A stretch of DNA of 64,000 bases, from positions 66,450 to 130,449 of the forward strand of contig CAZBZO010000002.1 in assembly GCA_964496425.1 (NCBI GenBank), in the 5' to 3' direction. This stretch comes from an uncultured Candidatus Saccharibacteria bacterium (GTDB lineage: Bacteria > Patescibacteriota > Minisyncoccia > Phycocordibacterales > UBA9973). How positions within the stretch are numbered: position 1 is the stretch's first letter; each line of letters opens with the position of its first letter. Positions 38,159-49,429 of this stretch are shown in pieces. A program made the position numbers and the translations under genes. The notes under the pieces are model-generated. The model was given only the letters and a program-made list of their open reading frames with translations, did no database searches and was not told the origin of the DNA.

Positions 38159-38303
38159 ATCCCCATCATTGTAATTTTTGCCTTTCTATGTCATATTAAC
38201 TACAAGTAGTTTCCAACGTTAATGTTTTGTCGAACGTGCGTAGGGTAATTACATTACTAAGTGTTAAGTTTTGCGAAAGGGTAATGCCTTACGCGATAGA
38301 AAA

Positions 38304-38630
38304 ATGGCTAAAAAGCTCTATGTTGGTGGTTTGCCTTACAGCACTACCGACGCTGAACTCAAATCCCACTTCGAAGGTGCTGGATCTGTTTCATCAGCAA
38401 CTATTATCATGGACAAGATGTCTGGTCGTTCTAAAGGTTTCGGTTTCGTAGAAATGGAAAACGATGCCGATGCTGACAAGGCAATCTCAATGTTTAACGG
38501 TGCTGATTTCGGTGGCCGCAAGCTCACAGTCAACGAAGCTCGCCCGCTTGAAGCTCGCCCTCCACGTTCTGGTGGATCAGGTGGCTACGGTGGCGGTCAT
38601 GGTGGCTCTAGTGGACGCCGAGACTACTAA
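38304..38630 (+). CDS. RRM-type RNA-binding protein with Gly-rich C-terminal tail
   Basis: RNP2 LYVGGL and RNP1 KGFGFVEM motifs. RGG/GYGGG tail. Confidence 0.8.
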   Translation: MAKKLYVGGLPYSTTDAELKSHFEGAGSVSSATIIMDKMSGRSKGFGFVEMENDADADKAISMFNGADFGGRKLTVNEARPLEARPPRSGGSGGYGGGHGGSSGRRDY

Positions 38631-38650
38631 TACTTTCAAACTTAGAAAAT

Positions 38651-38675
38651 ACCCTGACATGTGTCAGGGTATTTT
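38651..38675 (+). terminator. intrinsic terminator
   Basis: accctgacatgtgtcagggt hairpin followed by atttt. Confidence 0.55.
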
Positions 38676-38678
38676 CGT

Positions 38679-38707
38679 TTGCGGGGAAAGGCTAATTTTG
38701 TTATAGT
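38679..38707 (+). promoter_or_regulatory. sigma70-like promoter TTGCGG-17-TATAGT upstream of tRNA-Ile
   Basis: Hexamers with 17-nt spacing, about 45 nt before the tRNA 5' end. Confidence 0.4.
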
Positions 38708-38751
38708 AGTGCGAGTTCAAGAAATGGACGCGTTTTGTTGTTTTTAAATAT

Positions 38752-38826
38752 GCGTGTGTAGTTCAGTGGTAGAACGCTGTCCTGATAAGACAGAGGTCGA
38801 AGGTTCGATTCCTTCCACACGCACCA
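38752..38826 (+). tRNA. tRNA-Ile (anticodon GAT), CCA encoded
   Basis: Acceptor GCGTGTG/CACACGC, anticodon loop CTGATAA, T-arm GAAGG-TTCGATT-CCTTC, 3' ACCA. Confidence 0.9.
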
Positions 38827-38937
38827 GCGGGGAGCAGGCAAACTGCTTTGCCTGCGAGAAGGAATCGAAAGACTTTTCGTTCGCTGTGTTAACAGAGCGA
38901 AAAGTACCTGCGACCGTAGGGCGAGATTCCTTCACAC
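38827..38937 (+). ncRNA. unassigned structured element between tRNA-Ile and the atp operon (two strong hairpins plus a long-range GAAGGAATC/GATTCCTTC pairing)
   Basis: GCAGGCAAA-CTGC-TTTGCCTGC 9-bp hairpin and an imperfect hairpin of about 14 bp (CTTTTCG..CGAAAAG). The 3' end GATTCCTTCACAC copies the tRNA-Ile T-arm/acceptor 3' strand. Does not fold as a canonical tRNA. Confidence 0.3.
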
Positions 38938-38944
38938 AAACATT

Positions 38945-39196
38945 ATGGATCTAAAACAAAAACCTTGGTGGCGGGATTCGCTTATGGTATTTGGTAAAGT
39001 GACCACGTGGGTCGCAATACCGATCGTCATGGCTTTGTTTCTCGGGAAATACCTTGACCGTGCTTTTGGTACCGAACCTTGGATATTTCTTGGACTTACT
39101 GGACTCGCATTTTTTGTTTCCATTTTCGGCATTCTCAAAGTTATAAAAGATTATTTAAAAACACTTAAAGACGAAGACACGACCACTCATGCATAA
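38945..39196 (+). CDS. AtpZ/AtpI-like small membrane protein (ATP synthase gene 1 family)
   Basis: 83 aa with two TM helices. LGKYLDRAFGTEPWIFLGLTGLAFF matches the PF09527-type pattern. First gene of the atp operon. Confidence 0.5.
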   Translation: MDLKQKPWWRDSLMVFGKVTTWVAIPIVMALFLGKYLDRAFGTEPWIFLGLTGLAFFVSIFGILKVIKDYLKTLKDEDTTTHA

Positions 39197-40118
39197 CGAA
39201 GAAGAAATTGTTCATACGACAGAAGCCAGTGAAATTGCTCACGCTGAAGGTGATGCAGCACATGGTGAAATTGCTCATGAAGTCACCATCTTTGCAGAGC
39301 CGATCACGCATATCGGCAACTTTACTGTTACCAACGCACTCCTCACCAGCTGGATCGCTGTCGGCATCATCATCATACTTTGTGTGGCAGTGCGCTTAAG
39401 CATCCGGAAGGTGCCTGGCAAGCTTCAAACATTTTTTGAAGTTATCATCGAACAAACACTCAACCTCACCGATCAGATCACCGGCAACCGCGCCAAATCC
39501 CTCAAAGTCTTTCCCATCGCGATGGCGGTGTTTTTCTTTATCCTCATCAACAACTGGCTCGGTATTTTGCCGCTTGGAGCATTTGGCCTGGTGGCAGAAC
39601 ATGGCGGTGAGAGCGCTTTTTTGCCATTTTTACGAAGTGGTACAGCAGATATCAATACCACGCTCGCCCTTGCAGTCATGGCAGTCATCGGCTCAAATGT
39701 CTTTGGAATCCTTTCGATCGGCGCCTGGAAAACATTTAACAAATATGTTAATCTAAAGGCGCTCGGACGCATCTTTACTGATGTGCGCAAGGATCCGAGT
39801 GTTTTAATGGTGGCGCCGGTCATGTTCTTTGTCGGTATCCTTGAACTCGTCGGAGAAGCCGCCAAAGTCGCCTCATTGTCGTTTCGTCTTTTCGGAAACG
39901 TCTTCGCTGGAGAAGTGCTTTTGGCCTCGATGGCGGCACTCCTAGCGTACGTACTCCCAATACCATTTCTCGGACTTGAAATATTTGTGGGACTGATTCA
40001 GGCGCTCATATTTTCAATGCTCACTCTGGTCTACTTTGCGATTGCATCGGAGGATCATGAGGCGCACGAGGAAGAGCATCATGAAAAACACGAGCCTGCA
40101 TTACATCAGACCGCGTAA
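39189..40118 (+). CDS. atpB: F0F1 ATP synthase subunit a
   Basis: Polytopic protein with the conserved Arg in LSFRLFGN, in operon context. Confidence 0.85.
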   Translation: MHNEEEIVHTTEASEIAHAEGDAAHGEIAHEVTIFAEPITHIGNFTVTNALLTSWIAVGIIIILCVAVRLSIRKVPGKLQTFFEVIIEQTLNLTDQITGNRAKSLKVFPIAMAVFFFILINNWLGILPLGAFGLVAEHGGESAFLPFLRSGTADINTTLALAVMAVIGSNVFGILSIGAWKTFNKYVNLKALGRIFTDVRKDPSVLMVAPVMFFVGILELVGEAAKVASLSFRLFGNVFAGEVLLASMAALLAYVLPIPFLGLEIFVGLIQALIFSMLTLVYFAIASEDHEAHEEEHHEKHEPALHQTA

Positions 40119-40149
40119 TCAATTTATTATAAGTATTATTAATTATTAA

Positions 40150-40410
<261 letters not shown>

Positions 40411-40476
40411 TAAGCCAAAAGCGAGTAGGGAATTGGGAAAGCATCCCTCTCTTCCCTGATCGCTATTTATTCTTAT

Positions 40477-40974
40477 ATGGATTCTCTCATCACAACATTT
40501 CACATTGACTGGAAGATCATGATCGCTCAGGCGATCAACTTTGCAATTGTCTTTTTCGTCATTTGGCGCTTTGCCATCCGGCCGATCAAAAAGCTGATGG
40601 ATGAACGCACTGCCACGATCGACAAAGGTCTCGCAGATGCCAAAGTCCAGGCTGAAATACTTGCTCGGACTGAGACTGAATACCAGGCAATGCTCACTCA
40701 AGCTCGTAAAGAAAGCCAAGAGATCGCGGCCAAAGACAAAAAGGAGCGCGAGATTGAACATGCCAAAGAGACGGAAAAGACTCGTGCCGAAGTCGCTCGC
40801 ATGATTGAAGAAGGACGCAAACAAATAGAGCTTGATAAAAATAAAATGATGACGGAGATCAAAAGTGAAGTCGCAGACCTGGTGATCGCCAGTACTGAAA
40901 AAGTCCTCGGTAAAGCCGTGACCCCGCATCTTGATAAGGAGATAGTTAAGGAAACCATCAAGGAATTAAAATAG
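40477..40974 (+). CDS. atpF: F0F1 ATP synthase subunit b
   Basis: N-terminal TM followed by a long charged helix. In operon position. Confidence 0.8.
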   Translation: MDSLITTFHIDWKIMIAQAINFAIVFFVIWRFAIRPIKKLMDERTATIDKGLADAKVQAEILARTETEYQAMLTQARKESQEIAAKDKKEREIEHAKETEKTRAEVARMIEEGRKQIELDKNKMMTEIKSEVADLVIASTEKVLGKAVTPHLDKEIVKETIKELK

Positions 40975-40975
40975 T

Positions 40976-41218
40976 ATGTCAAAAGGATTTAAAATTATTG
41001 GAATAATTTTAGGACTTATTATTTTAATGTTGTTGCCAATTTTCCCTGTTAAAGTAAGTTCATCCATTGAACATCCTTGCGCAAAAGAAGAGACAAATAG
41101 TGCATCATTTTTACCATCTATGCCTACGTGTTATGACTCTGAAACCCTTTTTGTAAGCCCTTTAATCCATATTATTAAACCCGGGTACCAAAAGTACTAC
41201 TTCGATTTCAGTAAATAA
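40976..41218 (+). CDS. small single-pass membrane Cys protein inserted between atpF and atpH
   Basis: 80 aa, TM, then EHPCAKEE...MPTCYDSE. AT-rich. 1-4 nt spacing to neighbours. Confidence 0.35.
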   Translation: MSKGFKIIGIILGLIILMLLPIFPVKVSSSIEHPCAKEETNSASFLPSMPTCYDSETLFVSPLIHIIKPGYQKYYFDFSK

Positions 41219-41222
41219 AAAC

Positions 41223-41636
41223 ATGTCTAAACGAATTAAAACAACTGAAATCGCTCGAGCTTTGTTTGAAGAAGCTAAAGGTAAAGATCATACAGCAGTA
41301 GATCTGCTTACGACAAACACAGTTAAGCTTTTGGCTAAAGGTGAGCTTGCGAAAGATGGCGAAGCCGTACTTCAAGAACTCGAACGACTGGAAAACGATG
41401 AAGCCAAGATCGTCCAAGCTGAAGTGGAAAGCAAAGGTTCACTCGGAGAACATGAATCAAAAGAGATAGAAGATTTTATCCACCACAAGTTTCCACATCA
41501 CCATGTCAGTCTGAGTCATACCGTAAACCCAAATATTATCGGCGGAGTGAAGATCAAAATTGGCGACGAAGTCTGGGATCTTACCCTCAACCGTCAACTT
41601 TCAAATTTAAAAACCCATTTAGTCACCGAAGTCTAA
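41223..41636 (+). CDS. atpH: F0F1 ATP synthase subunit delta (short form)
   Basis: Operon position, 137 aa, C-terminal IIGGVKIKIGDEVWD matches delta/OSCP. Confidence 0.7.
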   Translation: MSKRIKTTEIARALFEEAKGKDHTAVDLLTTNTVKLLAKGELAKDGEAVLQELERLENDEAKIVQAEVESKGSLGEHESKEIEDFIHHKFPHHHVSLSHTVNPNIIGGVKIKIGDEVWDLTLNRQLSNLKTHLVTEV

Positions 41637-41666
41637 TTTAATTATTCATAATTCACCAAAAGTCAC

Positions 41667-43172
41667 ATGTCCAATCAAAACTACGTTGTCGAAAGTCTCA
41701 AAAAGAAAATAGCTGATTTCTCCACCAGTCTGAAAGGGGAGAAGGTCGGCCGCGTCGTCGAAGTCTTCGACGGTATTGCCCGCGTCTCCGGTCTCTCTGA
41801 TGTTAAAGCATCCGAAATGGTGAACTTCGCATCAGGCGCCGTGGGTGTGGCACTCAACCTCGAAGAAGATTCCGTGGGTGTGATTGTGCTTGGTGACTTT
41901 TCCAAGATCAAAGAAGGTGAAGAAGTGAAGTCCACAGGCAAGATTCTTGAAATCCCTGTCGGTGATGCGCAGATTGGACGAGTGCTCAACGTGCTCGGTG
42001 AGCCGATCGACGGACGTGGTGCAGTCAAAGCCGACAAACAGTATCCGATAGAGCGTGTGGCCTCTGGTGTTATTACTCGCCAGTCAGTCACTCAGCCTGT
42101 GCAGACTGGTATCAAGGCTATTGATGCACTCATCCCGATCGGCCGTGGTCAACGCGAGCTTTTGATCGGAGATCGTCAGACAGGAAAGACTGCTATCGCT
42201 ATCGACACTATTCTCAACCAAAAAGGTCAGAACCTTATCTGTGTCTATGTATCGATTGGCCAGAAGGACTCTAAGCTCCGCAAAATAGAAGCTCGTCTTC
42301 GCGACGCGGGAGCGATGGAATACACCATCATCGTCTCAGCTGGTGCCTCAGAGCCGGCAGCACTTTCATATCTCGCACCATACGCGGGTGTTTCGATCGC
42401 AGAATACTTCATGGACAAAGGCCAAGATGTGCTGATCATTTACGATGATCTTTCGAAGCACGCTGTGGCCTACCGCGAAATCTCGCTCCTGCTTCGCCGC
42501 CCGCCAGGTCGTGAAGCTTTTCCAGGAGACGTCTTCTACCTCCACTCACGTTTACTTGAGCGCGCATGTCGTCTCAACAAAGACTATGGCGGCGGCTCGA
42601 TCACGGCGCTTCCGATCATTGAGACTCAAGCCGGTGACATTACGGCTTACATTCCGACCAACGTCATTTCTATTACTGACGGACAAATATTTTTGGAAAC
42701 TGATCTTTTCTACAAAGGCGTGCGTCCTGCGGTCAACGTCGGAAACTCCGTTTCTCGTGTGGGTTCAAGTGCGCAGATCAAAGCCATGAAAAAAGTGGCA
42801 GGAACTTTGAAGCTCGACCTCGCACAGTTTCGTGAACTCGAAGCTTTCTCACAATTTGGCTCTGATCTTGATGAAGCTACACGGAAGACTCTCGATCGTG
42901 GCCGCCGCGCTGTAGAGCTTTTGAAACAACTTCAATACTCACCAGTCGTCGTCGAAAAACAAGTGGTGATCATGTATGCGCTTACCCGCGGGTATATCGA
43001 TGACGTGGCAGTCGATCGCTTGAAAGAATTCGAATCCGGCCTCGTCGACTACGTAAGCTCTCATGCCAAAAACTTTATGACCGAAATCCGCGAAAAAGGT
43101 ATGTGGAGCGATGCCGAAGAGGAGAATTTGAAGAAAGCGATAGGGGAGTATAAAGGGACATTCAATAAATAA
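41667..43172 (+). CDS. atpA: F0F1 ATP synthase subunit alpha
   Basis: GDRQTGKT Walker A and the alpha-subunit signature regions. Confidence 0.97.
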   Translation: MSNQNYVVESLKKKIADFSTSLKGEKVGRVVEVFDGIARVSGLSDVKASEMVNFASGAVGVALNLEEDSVGVIVLGDFSKIKEGEEVKSTGKILEIPVGDAQIGRVLNVLGEPIDGRGAVKADKQYPIERVASGVITRQSVTQPVQTGIKAIDALIPIGRGQRELLIGDRQTGKTAIAIDTILNQKGQNLICVYVSIGQKDSKLRKIEARLRDAGAMEYTIIVSAGASEPAALSYLAPYAGVSIAEYFMDKGQDVLIIYDDLSKHAVAYREISLLLRRPPGREAFPGDVFYLHSRLLERACRLNKDYGGGSITALPIIETQAGDITAYIPTNVISITDGQIFLETDLFYKGVRPAVNVGNSVSRVGSSAQIKAMKKVAGTLKLDLAQFRELEAFSQFGSDLDEATRKTLDRGRRAVELLKQLQYSPVVVEKQVVIMYALTRGYIDDVAVDRLKEFESGLVDYVSSHAKNFMTEIREKGMWSDAEEENLKKAIGEYKGTFNK

Positions 43173-43176
43173 TTTT

Positions 43177-43572
43177 ATGGTGCCATTTTTTGAAAGCTTC
43201 CTTCATAAGCTTGGTATTAAAATCGAAGCAAATAAAGGAGATACTTTTAAAAATATTGATAACAAAAAAGGAGTATTCATTGTTGGGGATAATAATAAAG
43301 TTTCTGTAAACATGAAAAAAGATGAATTAAAAGAAAAACTCGAGCAAATACTTAACCTGGCAGATCCGCGATATTTTGAATTTTTGAGAAAAAATAATCA
43401 AGTATCAATCTTGTTAACTAATGATGAACTCTCAACTTTAAAGGAGATAGAGTACTCTCTTCTTAGTAATAAAATAGTGAGACTCGAAAGTAATGGTAAT
43501 ATGATGCAAAACAGACCAGACGGTAAAATGAGAACCGGTTGGGTTATTTATAAGTTACCAAGCTTTGATTAA
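43177..43572 (+). CDS. hypothetical soluble protein inserted between atpA and atpG
   Basis: 131 aa, about 28% GC. 4-nt gaps on both sides. Confidence 0.45.
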   Translation: MVPFFESFLHKLGIKIEANKGDTFKNIDNKKGVFIVGDNNKVSVNMKKDELKEKLEQILNLADPRYFEFLRKNNQVSILLTNDELSTLKEIEYSLLSNKIVRLESNGNMMQNRPDGKMRTGWVIYKLPSFD

Positions 43573-43576
43573 CTAA

Positions 43577-44488
43577 ATGGCATCAACGAAAGAAATAAAA
43601 CGTCGAATAAAATCGATTAAAAATACCAAGAAGATCACCAAGGCCATGGAGCTGGTGGCGGCTTCGAAGATGCGTAAGGCTGTGGGCAGTACGCTTGCTT
43701 CGCGCGCCTATGCAGGATATTCATGGGAAATACTTCAGTCACTTTCGCAAGCAATAGTAGACAGCGTCCATCCACTTTTCCAGACTCGTGAATCAAAGCG
43801 TGAGCTCATCATCCTCATCACTTCCAACCGTGGCCTCTGCGGCGCCTACAATGCGCAAATCATCCGCAAAGTGGTTGCTCGACTCCGAGATGCAGGAAAT
43901 AAAGACGAGCAGATTGACTTCATCACCATTGGCAAAAAAGGCGACGCAGCACTGCGACGTCTCGGCGCTACTGTCATCGCTTCTTTTACAGAGCTTGACG
44001 GTGTTTCACTTCGCGCTATTACGCCAGTCGTAGAGCTTGCTATGAATGAATTTGAAAAAGGCACCTACGGACGTGTGTCGGTGGCCTACACCGACTACAA
44101 GTCAGCGATTTCTCAAATCCCGCAAATCCGTCCGCTCTTGCCGATCTCCAAAGCTGACCTTCAAGCTGTTATCGAATCTGCGGCTGATACATCATCAAAA
44201 AACACTTCTCTTACCCCGAATGTACAGCCTACCAACTACCTTTTTGAGCCTTCGTACTCGGTGCTCATCAATTCTCTGGTTGAAAAACTCGCCCGTATGC
44301 AGGTCTACCAAATGATGTTAGAATCAGTCGCAAGCGAAGAATCGTCCCGTATGGTGGCTATGAAAAATGCTTCTGACGCAGCAGGGGAAATGATTGACGA
44401 TTTGACCTTGATATTCAACAAAGCCCGCCAGGCAAGTATTACCAAAGAAATATCAGAAATAAGCGCCGGTATGGCGAGTGTGAGTTAA
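43577..44488 (+). CDS. atpG: F0F1 ATP synthase subunit gamma
   Basis: MASTKEIKRRIKSIKNTKKITKAMELVAASKMRKA gamma N-terminus. Confidence 0.9.
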   Translation: MASTKEIKRRIKSIKNTKKITKAMELVAASKMRKAVGSTLASRAYAGYSWEILQSLSQAIVDSVHPLFQTRESKRELIILITSNRGLCGAYNAQIIRKVVARLRDAGNKDEQIDFITIGKKGDAALRRLGATVIASFTELDGVSLRAITPVVELAMNEFEKGTYGRVSVAYTDYKSAISQIPQIRPLLPISKADLQAVIESAADTSSKNTSLTPNVQPTNYLFEPSYSVLINSLVEKLARMQVYQMMLESVASEESSRMVAMKNASDAAGEMIDDLTLIFNKARQASITKEISEISAGMASVS

Positions 44489-44490
44489 TT

Positions 44491-46550
<2,060 letters not shown>

Positions 46551-46562
46551 TATTTTTACACG

Positions 46563-47006
46563 ATGTCATCTAATGAATTTGGTGAAATAACAAATCCAGG
46601 GGGAGAGGGTCACAAGAAAACACCTGAACAGGAGCTCTATCTTCTTTGCCAAAGTGGTTTAACTACTGGGAATGTTTTACCACCTGGGTTTGAATTGGAT
46701 GAAGGTGCTACGCTCTACTATAAATCTCACCATATTGATGAGATGAAATCACTTTTAGATGAGATAAGGCAATTTTCTTCACAAAATAAAATTGAGAAAA
46801 TTTTAAATCCTGTTAATAATGCAGAAGATAGTGTTCAAAATATCATTGCACAAATTCAAAGGAACATAGATTTTTCAGAAAGAGTAAATAGCGAGATTAA
46901 AATAAACCCTCCCAGGGTAGAAAATAAACTTACTGTCGAAGAACGAGAAAAAAGAAGGCAAGCAACGATAAATAAATTGAGAAAAAACAATGATAAAAAC
47001 TCTTAA
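46563..47006 (+). CDS. hypothetical soluble protein inserted between atpD and atpC (overlaps atpC start by 17 nt)
   Basis: 147 aa, AT-rich, with a C-terminal KR-rich coiled segment. Confidence 0.45.
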   Translation: MSSNEFGEITNPGGEGHKKTPEQELYLLCQSGLTTGNVLPPGFELDEGATLYYKSHHIDEMKSLLDEIRQFSSQNKIEKILNPVNNAEDSVQNIIAQIQRNIDFSERVNSEIKINPPRVENKLTVEEREKRRQATINKLRKNNDKNS

Positions 47007-47448
47007 ACTTAAAATTGTCACTCCAGAACGTACAATTCTCGAAGAAGATGTCGAGCAGGTGACCTTACCGACCTCGGAAGGGGAAATTACGGTACTACCT
47101 GGTCATGTGCCTCTCATTTCTACACTTCGCTCAGGCGAGATAGTCGCCAAGAAAGATGGTGAGTATATTCCAATGGCTGTTGTCGGAGGGTTTATAGAAG
47201 TCAGACCCACCTCCGCACAAGGCTCTGGCGTGGCAACGGAAGTTGCCGTGCTTGCAGATTATGCCGAATCTATCTCTGCTATTACTGAAGACGAGATCGT
47301 AAAAGCCAAAGCGCGTTCAGTAGAGCTCGCCAAGCTCGCTGAAAACAAAGAGCATGTCGACTTCGAACACTTTGCGACTGAACTTGAACGCTCACTTACC
47401 CGTGTGAAAATCGCCGATAAGTGGCGTACAAAAAAGTATCGTAAGTAA
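46990..47448 (+). CDS. atpC: F0F1 ATP synthase subunit epsilon
   Basis: N-terminal beta-sandwich region (LKIVTPERTILEEDVEQVTLPTSEGEITVLPGH) with a helical C-terminus. Confidence 0.85.
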   Translation: MIKTLKLKIVTPERTILEEDVEQVTLPTSEGEITVLPGHVPLISTLRSGEIVAKKDGEYIPMAVVGGFIEVRPTSAQGSGVATEVAVLADYAESISAITEDEIVKAKARSVELAKLAENKEHVDFEHFATELERSLTRVKIADKWRTKKYRK

Positions 47449-47477
47449 ACCGCACTCTGGAAAGAAGACGAACATTA

Positions 47478-47506
47478 TTGACATTGAAGTTAATTCATGC
47501 TATTAT
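47478..47506 (+). promoter_or_regulatory. sigma70-like promoter TTGACA-17-TATTAT
   Basis: Consensus -35 and near-consensus -10 with 17-nt spacer, 8 nt upstream of the 47514 ATG. Confidence 0.5.
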
Positions 47507-47513
47507 CTCGCGC

Positions 47514-49364
47514 ATGAAAAACACATTAATAGGGAGCCTTCTTGTAACCGCAGTTCTTATCAGCCCTCTCTCAGTACTTGCAGAAAATCACACACTCACT
47601 ATTAACGTCGATACGAGTACCTCAGTAGCCGCGCCAAAGTACTTTTCTGGCTTCAATACCAACGAAGTCAAGACCACATGGACTTATAATGACCCGCTTT
47701 TTCAAAGTGCAGTAAAAAAGCTCTATCCCAAGACTCTTCGCTGGCCAGCAGGAGGAGCTGCCAGTAAGTTTGATTGGCGTACGGGAGATATCACGAGCGC
47801 ATTTATCGAGCGTTCTGTTGCACTCGGACTGAGTCTTCCAACAAAGCTTGAAGATGATTATGAAACGCAAGCAGAGAGCCGCAGTAAACTCGGCGTAGAT
47901 TTAATTGAATTTTCTGACCTCGTTTTAAAACCAAATAAAGCTTCAGCTACTATCATGATCAACAGTCTGACTGACTTTCCAGAACTTCCGGGAAGCGACT
48001 ATGCAGCATCTGCTCGCGACCTGGCAGCATACGCACGAGATAATGGTGTACCTGTTGAATATTGGGAGCTCATGAATGAGCCCTATCTAAAAAACAAGCT
48101 TCTCTTTTGGGATTTGATCGGCATTGAGCTTGGTATGAGCAAGGATGGAGGCGAGAGCCTTGGGCATTACAACGGCCGTGTCTATATGGCATGGACAAAG
48201 ATTTTTTCTGATGCTATTAAGTCACAAATACCTGCAGCAAAAACTGTTGTCATGTTTGCACCTGGTAAGCTTGCTGATCAGACATATAAAGGAGAGACGG
48301 ATCTCGACTACCAAACACATTTTAATGATGCCATATGGGAATATGGACAAACAAACGGAACTTTCTGGAACGCTATGTCATTTCACTGGTACCCGTGCTA
48401 CCCAATCTATGAAGGCGAAGAGACTATGGAGGGAGCAGAAAAATGCTTGAATGGAAACATTAAATATCTTGAAAGCACGATTGGAGACTATTATATTCCT
48501 AAAAATACTGAGTATTTAGGTAATGCGAATATGCCGATAATTATCACCGAGACCAACGTTTCACCAGATAGTCCAATCATGGGTACACTTTTCAATACCG
48601 TATATATTTCTGAAATGCTTGGACGTCTCAGTGCATACCCCCAAGTAAAAAGTATTAACATCCAAAGTATGGCTGCAAATGGCGCCATACATTGGGGAGC
48701 TTTTCGCTTATTGAATCAGGGATATTGGGCCGATGTTTCAGAAGATACCTACGCGTCAACGCCAGAAAATATTTTACCAAAGGCCCAACCGTTTTTTGAT
48801 GCAGGCCTCGTATCCTTCACCTCACAATATACTGACGCAGGACGAGAAACTGGTGTTATTGACCTCAAGAACGTACCGACGCTTCCTGATTTTGCTACCA
48901 ATCCTGCTTTCTCAAATTATAAAATTATCAATACAATTAACGGCGAAGCTTTAAAATTCGTCAATGAAATATTTTTTGATGCAAAATCTTCTTTCCCGAT
49001 ATCAGTGACGAGCGGCACACAAGCGACAGTCATGTACGGTGAACAGCCGCAATTGCCCGTAGCGACTGACATCGGTGGAAGTATTACCGTAGGTGATGCA
49101 CTCTATATGCGTGGCTTTCTATCGCGCACTAATGTTCGAAGAATTCTTATTACCAACAAGTCCGGAGATACTCACACCGTAAGCATCAATTGGGCAGGTA
49201 TACCACCAACCACAAAGGTAACGCATATATCTATCTCAAATCCTGATAAACTTTTGAAAAATACAGATGCCGCACCAACTTCAGTGACATCAACAACTAC
49301 AAGTATCCTTACACCGGTTACTATCGGACCATATTCGGTAAACGTCATTAACTTGAAAAAATAG
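47514..49364 (+). CDS. secreted clan GH-A glycoside hydrolase (GH5-like TIM barrel)
   Basis: Signal peptide. WELMNEPY (acid/base Glu in NEP) and IIITETNV (nucleophile Glu) motifs. C-terminal beta-sandwich region of about 200 aa. Confidence 0.6.
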   Translation: MKNTLIGSLLVTAVLISPLSVLAENHTLTINVDTSTSVAAPKYFSGFNTNEVKTTWTYNDPLFQSAVKKLYPKTLRWPAGGAASKFDWRTGDITSAFIERSVALGLSLPTKLEDDYETQAESRSKLGVDLIEFSDLVLKPNKASATIMINSLTDFPELPGSDYAASARDLAAYARDNGVPVEYWELMNEPYLKNKLLFWDLIGIELGMSKDGGESLGHYNGRVYMAWTKIFSDAIKSQIPAAKTVVMFAPGKLADQTYKGETDLDYQTHFNDAIWEYGQTNGTFWNAMSFHWYPCYPIYEGEETMEGAEKCLNGNIKYLESTIGDYYIPKNTEYLGNANMPIIITETNVSPDSPIMGTLFNTVYISEMLGRLSAYPQVKSINIQSMAANGAIHWGAFRLLNQGYWADVSEDTYASTPENILPKAQPFFDAGLVSFTSQYTDAGRETGVIDLKNVPTLPDFATNPAFSNYKIINTINGEALKFVNEIFFDAKSSFPISVTSGTQATVMYGEQPQLPVATDIGGSITVGDALYMRGFLSRTNVRRILITNKSGDTHTVSINWAGIPPTTKVTHISISNPDKLLKNTDAAPTSVTSTTTSILTPVTIGPYSVNVINLKK

Positions 49365-49384
49365 GTTCAAATAAGTACTCAAAA

Positions 49385-49414
49385 ATGCCACCTGACAAAT
49401 AGGTGGCATTTTTG
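49385..49414 (+). terminator. intrinsic terminator
   Basis: atgccacctgacaaataggtggcat hairpin followed by ttttg. Confidence 0.6.
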
Positions 49415-49429
49415 TTATACTAGCCCGGC

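Noticed and set aside
38827-38937. tRNA-Ala(TGC) expected after tRNA-Ile(GAT), as in rRNA spacers
   Set aside because: The CTGCTTTGCC segment superficially resembles the Ala anticodon arm. No acceptor, D or T stems can be formed, and the hairpin loop is 4 nt. It is kept only as an unassigned structured element.
38744-38954. Two overlapping ORFs (63 aa minus, 66 aa plus) in the track
   Set aside because: Both overlap tRNA-Ile and the structured element. The translations are featureless.
38945-39196. Possibility that the 83-aa ORF is a ninth inserted gene rather than AtpZ/AtpI
   Set aside because: Two-TM topology, the G-x-x-LD...G-T-x-PW pattern and first position in the operon fit the AtpZ family. 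It also has native GC content.
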